From NCBI GenBank assembly GCA_000004695.1, contig CM000151.3, forward strand, positions 5,664,001 through 5,728,000: a DNA stretch of 64,000 nt, read 5' to 3'. The notes below the pieces were generated by a model. The model did no database searches, had not been told where the DNA came from, and saw nothing but the letters and a program-made list of their open reading frames with translations. Made by a program: the position numbers and the translations under genes. Positions 56,646 to 64,000 of the stretch are shown one piece after another (the stretch's first letter is position 1; each line of letters opens with the position of its first letter). The stretch comes from Dictyostelium discoideum. Lineage: Eukaryota.

Positions 56646-56794
56646 TTATATATCTTTGCATAATTCGTCATTGTATGAGGAAATTTTATTACTATCTATA
56701 TATTCAATATCTCCATTGGTTTGGTCTTCTGATGAAACTGAGAATATTGAAACAATTAAAACTACAACCACAAGGTGAAATGCATTTAATTTCA
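56646..56794 (-). CDS. Candidate small secreted peptide of 49 aa. Speculative.
   Basis: The minus strand reads MKLNAFHLVVVVLIVSIFSVSSEDQTNGDIEYIDSNKISSYNDELCKDI*. It has a clear signal-peptide-like N-terminus and a compositionally normal mature part. It is below the track cut-off. Confidence 0.25.
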
Positions 56795-56836
56795 TTTTTT
56801 TAGTTTTCCAGTTTTTTTATTATTTTATATATATTT

Positions 56837-56871
<35 letters not shown>

Positions 56872-58670
56872 ATGTTTTAATAAAAAAAAAAATAATAATG
56901 ATAATAATTATAAAAAAAATTCTTTATAATGTTCTGAAAAATTAATTACAAAGATATTAAAAAAATGAAAATAAAAAATAAAAATAAAAAAATAAAAATA
57001 AAAAAAATAAAAAAAATAAAAAATTAAAAAATAAATTAAAATTTTATTTTATCGAAGTAGTTATGTTTCCATTTAAATTAAAAGATTTTCAAAGATTTTA
57101 AAAATATTAAAAAAAATATATATATATGTGTGTGTGACTGCTGCCATGGAGGTAGATGTGTTGTTTTGTTTGCCCCCAAAAGTTTCTATGAGACATATTG
57201 TGTATTTAAACTTCACCTATTTTCACTGGAATATACTTTTATGGTTAAAAGTAATATAATAATAATAATAATAATAATACACCTACCACAATTTCTCAAA
57301 AATAAAAATAAAAATAATAATAAAAAATAAAATATTAATACACTATGGCGATATGGTATCTATTTTTTTTTTTTTATTTATTATTTTAAAAATCAGTTTA
57401 ATATTATTTTTATTTTAAAGATTTTTTTTTTTATTTTATTTGGTCTTATTAGTAAAATGACAAATAATTTGTATTATAATAATTAATTTTTTTTTTTTTT
57501 TTATTAGAAATATTAAAAAAAAAAAAAATCTTTTTTTTTTGTGGGTAATTAATTTTTAATTAATTAAAAACATATTTTTCTCTTTTTCATTAGATAAATA
57601 AATGGGAGATTGTATTAAAAAAAACAATAATAAAAGGAAATGAAATCAAGAAAGATCTCTGATTCTCCAATTATTTTCTATTTTATGATTAGTTATACTC
57701 ATCGACTTTTTTTTAAAAAAATTTAAAATTGCCAGAAAATTGATAGTCCCATAAAGATTTAGGAAATAAAAAAACAACATATTAAAATATCAGACTTTCC
57801 TTTAATGGTATTTATTTTAATAATTTTATTAATTAAAAGGGAACAAGATAAAAGTAAAAAAAATATATAGTATTTAAAATTATGCCAATATCTTTTACAA
57901 TCATATCATTCATTTATATATGTAATAATAATAAAAGTAAAAAACATAAGAATATAATTATTAAATACTAAATAATTTTTCTTTTAAATATCAAAAAAAT
58001 TAAAAAAATTATTTAAACACTATAATAAAAGAATATTTTATGTTAGAAATATTTTTTTTAAAAAAATAAAATTTATATTTTTAAAAAATAAACAATGGTG
58101 TATCAGAATATGAATTATGCTCAAAGGAAGGGGTACTAAACCCTCCCTCACTCTAGAAGTGTCAGAATAATTTATTTGTATCATCATTAATACCCAAAAC
58201 ACAAAAGGAAATTAAATTTTTAACTTACAATATTGTAAATAAAAAATGGAATTGGGTAAGCAAGACAAGACAAGAAAACTAAAATAAATAGAAAAAAAAA
58301 AAAACCTCTATTAAAATAAAAAATTAATGTTAGAATAATTTTTTTTTAATTTTTAAATAAAATTATTATTTGGATTGATTAATTGTTTCAGTATTAAAAA
58401 GCTCGTTGTTTTTTTGTTCCACAAGAGTTTTCAGAGATTGTTCACATATACAATCATCATTAAGAATTAACCAATCCTACTAATAATTTTTTTTTTTTTT
58501 AAAAAATGTTTTTACATACCAATTATTATTCAACGATTTCCATAAAATGTTTTGTAATGAAAATATGAAAAAAAAAAAAAAAAAGCCTTTTTGTTTTGAA
58601 AAAAAAAATCAAAAAAAAAAAAAAACGCTAAAAAAAAAAAAAACAATTTTTTACTGAAAATTTTTTTCAA

Positions 58671-58704
58671 ACGAATTTCGCATTGATTTAAATGCGAAAT
58701 TCGT
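58671..58704. other. 13-bp perfect hairpin with an 8-nt loop, flanked by A-runs, in intergenic DNA.
   Basis: The sequence is ACGAATTTCGCAT-tgatttaa-ATGCGAAATTCGT. It is GC-containing and stands out in this AT-rich context. Confidence 0.4.
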
Positions 58705-58920
58705 ATTTAAAACGTTATGCTAAAAAAAAAAAAAAAATAATATGCATATATATATAACGTTATAGTTTTTATTATTAATTTTAAAATATTAAAAAAATAA
58801 AAAAATATAAGAGACATTTAATAAAATATACATTTACAAAAGACTGTTTTTTTTTATTTTTTATTTATTTATTTTTTTTATTTATTATTATTATTATTTT
58901 ATAATTATTATTATTATTAT

Positions 58921-59474
58921 TAATCATCAAATAAACTACTCTTTGCACGTGATTTTTGAGAATTAATATAACTTGAAATATCAAAATCAGAACTTAATTT
59001 TGAATCTTTTCCACTATTATCACCAAATAAATCATCATCATCGAGATTTATTGGTTTTTTAGTTTTAGTTTTGTTGTCGGTACTTTTAAATAAATCATCA
59101 TCTTCATCGTCACTTTGGAATAAAATTGATTTTTTAGTTGGTTTTTCAACTGGTTTCTTTTCTAATTTTGATAAATCAACAGAATCTAATGAAATCTCTT
59201 CATCATCTTCAAAAATTAATTTCTTTTTTTGATTAGATTTTGTACCAAATAATAAATCTTCATCTAATTTCTTTGAAACTTCTTCAACACTTTCATCATG
59301 TTTAACAGTTTGTTGTTTTTTTTCTATAACTTTTTCTACTTTTTCTTCTTTTTGTTCCTTTTGTTCTTGTTCTTCTTCTTCCTCTTCACTATCAACATTC
59401 TTTTTTAATGGATCTTTTGCAACTTGATTTGAATCAAATTCTCTTGCTTGATTTCTTTCAGTTGCTGTAATTTT

Positions 59475-59532
<58 letters not shown>

Positions 59533-59915
59533 TTTTTTTTTTTTTTAAAAAAATATATATTTATTTTTTTTAAAAATATGCATTAAACTAAAATTTACTT
59601 TTCATCTAAAATTAAAAGAGTTGGTAAATTTTGAATTACAATAAGTCTGTAATTATTTTGTTTTGTTACAGGGTTTCCAGTTAAATTTAAATCTTCAATT
59701 ACTGGTAAATCAAATAAACCTTTGATATTACGAATTAGTTGAAATCTATTTGATGATAAATCTAATTTCTTTAAACATTTTAATCTTGAAAATGATGAAG
59801 TTGCATCAATGAATCCTAATGATGATAATTCAAGTTCTTCAATTGAATTGATATCAATTTTTTTACCAATTTTAAAACTGATATTATCTGGTGTTAATTT
59901 AGTTGCACTACTCAT
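58921..59915 (-). CDS. LRR plus LRRcap protein with a Lys/Asp/Glu-rich C-terminal tail (ANP32/U2A'-like architecture). Exons (minus strand): 59915..59597 and 59486..58921.
   Basis: Exon 1 is MSSATKLTPDNISFKIGKKIDINSIEELELSSLGFIDATSSFSRLKCLKKLDLSSNRFQLIRNIKGLFDLPVIEDLNLTGNPVTKQNNYRLIVIQNLPTLLILDEK, which contains LRRs and an LRRcap GNPV...YR...LP.L..LD. The donor is AA|GTAAAT. The acceptor is the AG at the end of a poly(A) tract, so its position is approximate. Exon 2 is an acidic/lysine tail with repeated D/E...LF motifs, ending ...SRAKSSLFDD*. The tail is absent from the ORF track because it lacks an ATG. Confidence 0.55.
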
Positions 59916-60704
59916 TTCTTAATTTTTTAATATATGTAATATAAAATGACAATGAATTAAAAAAAAAAAAAAAAAAAAGAAAAATAAAAAAAAAATAAAA
60001 AAAAAAGTTGAAAAAAAGTTTTATTGAGACTTGGGGTAGTACAATAAAATAAAAAAAAAAGTTTTGTTGAATATTTGGGTAGTACAATAAAATAAAAAAA
60101 TAAAAATTATAAAAAAAAAATTAAAAATTAAAAAATAAAAAATAAAAAAAAGAAATCTAAGGTTTGGTCACCACGTTTTAAAAGAGTTTTTTTTATTTTT
60201 TATTTTTTTAATTTATTTAAATATAAGATATCTTCTTTTTATTTTAATTAATTATTTTTATTTTTTTTTTTTATTTTTTTTTATTTTTTATTTTTTATTT
60301 TTTTTTTTGATCATTTAATTAAATGATTTAAAAGGTTTGCCAGAGATAATAAAGAAATTGATTGTTTATTATTATTACTACTACTATTATTATTATTTTT
60401 TTTTTTTTTTTTTAATTTTATTTTTTTTTTTTTTTTTAATTTCATATTGCCACTATCACCTGGTGATTATATTTTAATATTTACACATGTAAAAACATAT
60501 GAAAAATCACTTTAATGGCGTAATTAAAACGGTTTTTTTAAAAAAATATATTTTTTAATTTTTTTTTTTTAATTTTTTTATTTTTTCTTTTTTTTTTTTT
60601 TTTTTTTTTTTTTTTGGTGTTTATAAAATTTTTTTTTTTGAAAATTTTTTTTTTTTTTTTTTTTCGTTTTTTTAATTTTATAAATAAATAAATATATACA
60701 CAAA

Positions 60705-61192
60705 ATGTCAGATATTATTGCAAGAGGTAACGTCGAAAACGGTGACAAACTTTTCAAAGCAAGATGTGCTCAATGTCACACCACTGCTAATGTAAGTTTA
60801 CTTTTTCTTTTTCTTTTTTTTTTTAATAATCAAATAAAATCTTAAAAAAATAAAAAAAATAAAAAAAATAAAAAAACAAAACCCACACATATTTATTAAA
60901 ATATGATCATGTGCGATATTTTTATTTATTTTTAATTTATCTTTTTTTTTTTAATTAAACAAAAGGAAATAAATAAATATTAATGTCCATAAAAAAAAAA
61001 AAAAAAAAAAAAAAAAATAGGGTGCACCAAACAAACAAGGTCCAAATCTTTACGGTTTATTCTTTCCTAAATCACGTTCCTTCCCTGGTTATGCCTACTC
61101 TGACCCCAACAAAAACACTGGAAAGTTTTGTTTTATTCATTACTTATAAATTTTCATTTTTTTCCTTCCATCAAAAAGGATAATTATCCACG

Positions 61193-61267
<75 letters not shown>

Positions 61268-61465
61268 AACCAAAATACAAACGATACTAATTAGGACGAA
61301 AATAATTTTAAAATAATAGGTATCATGTGGGGTGAACAAACTCTCTTTGATTACTTAGAAAATCCAAAGAAATACATTCCAAAGACTAAAATGGCCTTTG
61401 CTGGTTTCAAATCTGAACAAGATAGAGCTGATGTTGTCGCTTACCTTGAACAATCAACTAAATAA
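60705..61465 (+). CDS. cytC: Cytochrome c. Three exons: 60705..60791, 61021..61129 (3' end uncertain) and 61320..61465.
   Basis: Exon 1 is [29 protein letters not shown], with a CxxCH haem-binding motif. Exon 2 is [34 protein letters not shown].... Exon 3 is (G)[47 protein letters not shown]. It is collinear with human or yeast cytochrome c. Intron 1 runs AAT|GTAAGT...aaatAG. Codon usage is C/G-biased. The exon 2 donor is ambiguous, as described in the findings. Confidence 0.85.
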
Positions 61466-61467
61466 AC

Positions 61468-61860
61468 ACACAATATAAATAAACTACTCAACTAAATAAA
61501 CACAATATAAATAACTTGATTTCTTTTTTAACAATATAAATAACATGGTTTCTTTTTTTCTTATTTATTTATATTATTAATAAAATAATTATATATTCAC
61601 CCGTATTTTTCACACATAAAAAAAGAAAGTGTGACAGGTTGGAATGTTTGTCAGTTTCAAAAAATAAAAATTTTGTGGATGAAATTTAATATTAACAATA
61701 TAAATAAACTTAATTTTCTTTTTCTCATAATTATTTATTTATATTATTAATAAAATAATTATATTTCCACCCTGTATTTTTTTAAAATAAATAAAAAAAA
61801 AGAAAGTGTAAAAAGTTGGAAAGTTTGTGAGTTTCAAAAAATTAATGGGAGGGCATAGAA
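61468..61860. repeat. Tandemly duplicated unit of about 150 to 165 bp (two full copies at about 61531..61665 and 61696..61843, about 85% identical), immediately 3' of cytochrome c. It is punctuated by the recurring motif (a)caatataaataa.
   Basis: Both copies contain ...ttatttatttatattattaataaaataattatat(at/tt)tc(ac)cc(c)gtattttt...aaaaaaagaaagtgt(g/a)a(c/a)a(g/a)gttgga(at/aa)gtttgt(c/g)agtttcaaaaaat. The caatataaataa motif also appears at about 61468 and 61498. Confidence 0.8.
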
Positions 61861-63072
61861 AATAAAAAAATAAAAAAAAAAAAAAAAAAAAGAGGGCAAC
61901 AAACCCACCAGCGCCACATAAAATTAGTAAGAAAGTTATTTCCAGATAAATTAAAGTTATTTTCAGATTCACTATCGCAAAAACGTGATAATTTATTAAT
62001 TATATTGTTTTCTGAATAAAGGAATTATGCCAGACATAAAATTAGTAACTTTTAACAACTTTAATACTGAAATTTTTACACCCTTACAAAAAATAAAAAT
62101 AAAAATAAATTTTTTTTTTTTTTTTAATTTGTGAGTGAAATTTCGTGAAATTTCATGTTCAACACTTTTTAAAAATAGAATTAAATTAAATTAAATAAAA
62201 TATTATTGAAAATAATTGTATATTCGAAAAAAATTAATATGATCCTGTTACTTGATCTTTTAATACTTATTTATCATTTTCATTTATGAACTTTAATTTG
62301 ATTGTATAATAATTTGTGCAAAATTTTTTAAAAATTAAGATTAGTGTCTTTATTGGAAAATCAATATAGAATTCATAAAATTTATAAGTTAAAATTTAAA
62401 TTTGATGAAGATAGAGAATTGGTAGTAAAAGGTGTTAAGATGACCTTGAATAATATGGATTACTAAATTTTTCAAAATTATTATTTGCAGCGATGGTAAT
62501 GATTAAATGATATTTAAAATTGGTCAACCGTTCAAACTTTAGATAAAAGACTTAGAGGGCATGAATATCCTTTAAATGGTTGTTTCAAAGTATGGGCAAT
62601 GATGGCCCTTTCCAAAATTTAAGATGTGAAGGTTATGTATGTATGCATTGGGTTCCTTTATGGCAAATATTTTGGAATCCAATTTAATTGAAAAAACCAA
62701 TTAAATTTTAATATGAACCAGGTTCGATTACTGATTTGGCAGTTCTTGCATTCAATTCAAACTCATTACTTTTTTTAATACATATATATATATGTACTAA
62801 TATTAACAATTTAAATTTAATAGACTCATATACAATATTCAGGTTCAATACAATCTCGACAATAATCATTTTTTATCTTAAACATCAACACATGTATAGA
62901 TAAATTATTAGGGAAAATTAATTTTTATTGTTATAATTTGGATTGTTTTATCTAAATAAAAGCAATTAAACATATCCAAAATTATTTAAAAAAAATAAAC
63001 AATTAATTGATTTTTTCTTTTAAATAGAAATTTAGTAGTATATTTATTATTTATTTTTTATTATTATTATTA

Positions 63073-63178
63073 TCAATCAAAATTATAGTTAGTTTCTTCT
63101 TGGTCATCTTGTTCTCTCATCATTGCAATTGTTTTACTCATGGCCTCTAAATTGAATTTTGCGATTTTCATTACTTTT

Positions 63179-63231
<53 letters not shown>

Positions 63232-64000
63232 TTGATCAATTAATTGTTGTTGTTGGTCACTTTCATGATTAGTTTTGTCGAGATCATTTTTGAAAGTTTC
63301 AGTGCTATCTAAATTATCTTTTTTTGTTTCAATACTTTCAATTTTATTATCAGATAAAATTGAATCCTCTTTTTTATCATTATTATTATTAGTAGTACTA
63401 TATATTTGTTGTTCTTGTTGTAATGATAACGAGGATATTGGTGTGGGAGTTGTTGTTATTGAGGTTGAAGTTGAAGAGGGGTGAGATGGTGATTGTGATT
63501 TGATATTTGTTATTACATTATCTGTATTTGTATCTATATCTGTTGTTGTTGTTGTTGTTGTTTCTGGTGTGGTATCAGAAGTAGTTGTTGTTGGTAATAA
63601 AACTGGTGAAGAAATTGGCGAAGAATTTGGTGATATTAAAATTGCTGATGGTTGTTGTTGTTGTTGCTGTTGCTGTTGTTGTTGTTGTTGTTGTTTTTGT
63701 AATGTTATAGTTGAAGTTAATTTATTTACAATTAAATTGAAAAAGAGAATTATATAAGATATCATAAAGAATTTATAAAGTATATTGATATATGGTGAAG
63801 TTTTCTTTGTTCTCTTTAAGATTTGTACAGTATTTTCTAAAGATTTTGATTTATTGAATAACTTTGTAATTGAAGTTAATGTTGAATCGATATAGGGTTT
63901 AGTTTTATCTAATTTCGATTGAATTTCAAATTGTCTCTCTTGATTCTCCAATACGAATTGTTTTGATTTTTCACTTGATCTATTTAGAGTTTCAAAATTT
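63073..64000 (-). CDS. Hypothetical membrane protein with one TM segment and a Q/T/S/N-rich tail. Partial: the 5' end lies beyond the window edge.
   Basis: The minus-strand frame is open from the window end: ...NFETLNRSSEKSKQFVLENQERQFEIQSKLDKTKPYIDSTLTSITKLFNKSKSLENTVQILKRTKKTSPYINILYKFFMISYIILFFNLIVNKL...(Q)18...NYNFD*. The 'M' in the track is a TTG. The helical N-terminal part followed by a TM resembles a SNARE or Sec20-like protein, but I cannot confirm this. Confidence 0.45.

Noticed and set aside
58247-58456. Two mutually exclusive tiny gene models. One is a plus-strand ATGGAATTGG|gtaagc...tttcag|TATTAAAAAGC... (34 aa). The other is a minus-strand terminal exon, ...DWLILNDDCICEQSLKTLVEQKNNELFNTETINQSK*.
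   Set aside because: Neither has supporting upstream or downstream exons with compatible phase, a recognisable domain, or sufficient length.

Overview
This window looks like Dictyostelium discoideum nuclear DNA. It is about 78% A+T, has long poly(A)/poly(T) and (AAT)n/(CAA)n tracts, many in frame as poly-N/Q/T coding runs, and short AT-rich introns with GTAAGT/GTATGT...AG boundaries. The ORF track marks alternative TTG/GTG starts as 'M', so several track ORFs are internal exon fragments. I reassembled about 24 protein-coding genes by hand-splicing. Plus strand: a 3-exon SMG1-type PIKK kinase (about 2344 aa), an OS-9-like MRH ER lectin, an F-box protein immediately followed by a +1-frame ORF, a Grx3/PICOT glutaredoxin, a DUF676 serine esterase, proteasome subunit Rpn10/PsmD4 (6 exons), mitochondrial ribosomal protein uL23m, a Rab32-family GTPase, a two-exon hypothetical protein and cytochrome c. 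Minus strand: an RTRAF/CGI-99 homologue, a small IPT/TIG GPI-anchored surface protein, V-ATPase subunit E (vatE), a 4-exon TMEM260/DUF2723 homologue, two tandem paralogous N-rich hypothetical genes, an R1R2R3 Myb factor with an 87-nt in-frame intron, a 5-exon DH-PH RhoGEF, a 3-exon MFS transporter, an LRR/LRRcap protein with an acidic tail, and a partial gene at the right edge. I found no tRNA, rRNA, CRISPR array or recognisable transposon. I could not identify a new multi-gene system. The points worth a second look are a 5.5-kb gene desert (40.2-45.7 kb) with GC-richer islands that may be ncRNA genes, a twice-repeated 16-bp perfect palindrome, a 13-bp perfect hairpin, a tandemly duplicated unit downstream of cytochrome c, a possible +1 frameshift join in the F-box gene, duplicated motifs in divergent promoters, and the TMEM260 homologue lying 16 kb from an IPT/TIG surface protein gene.
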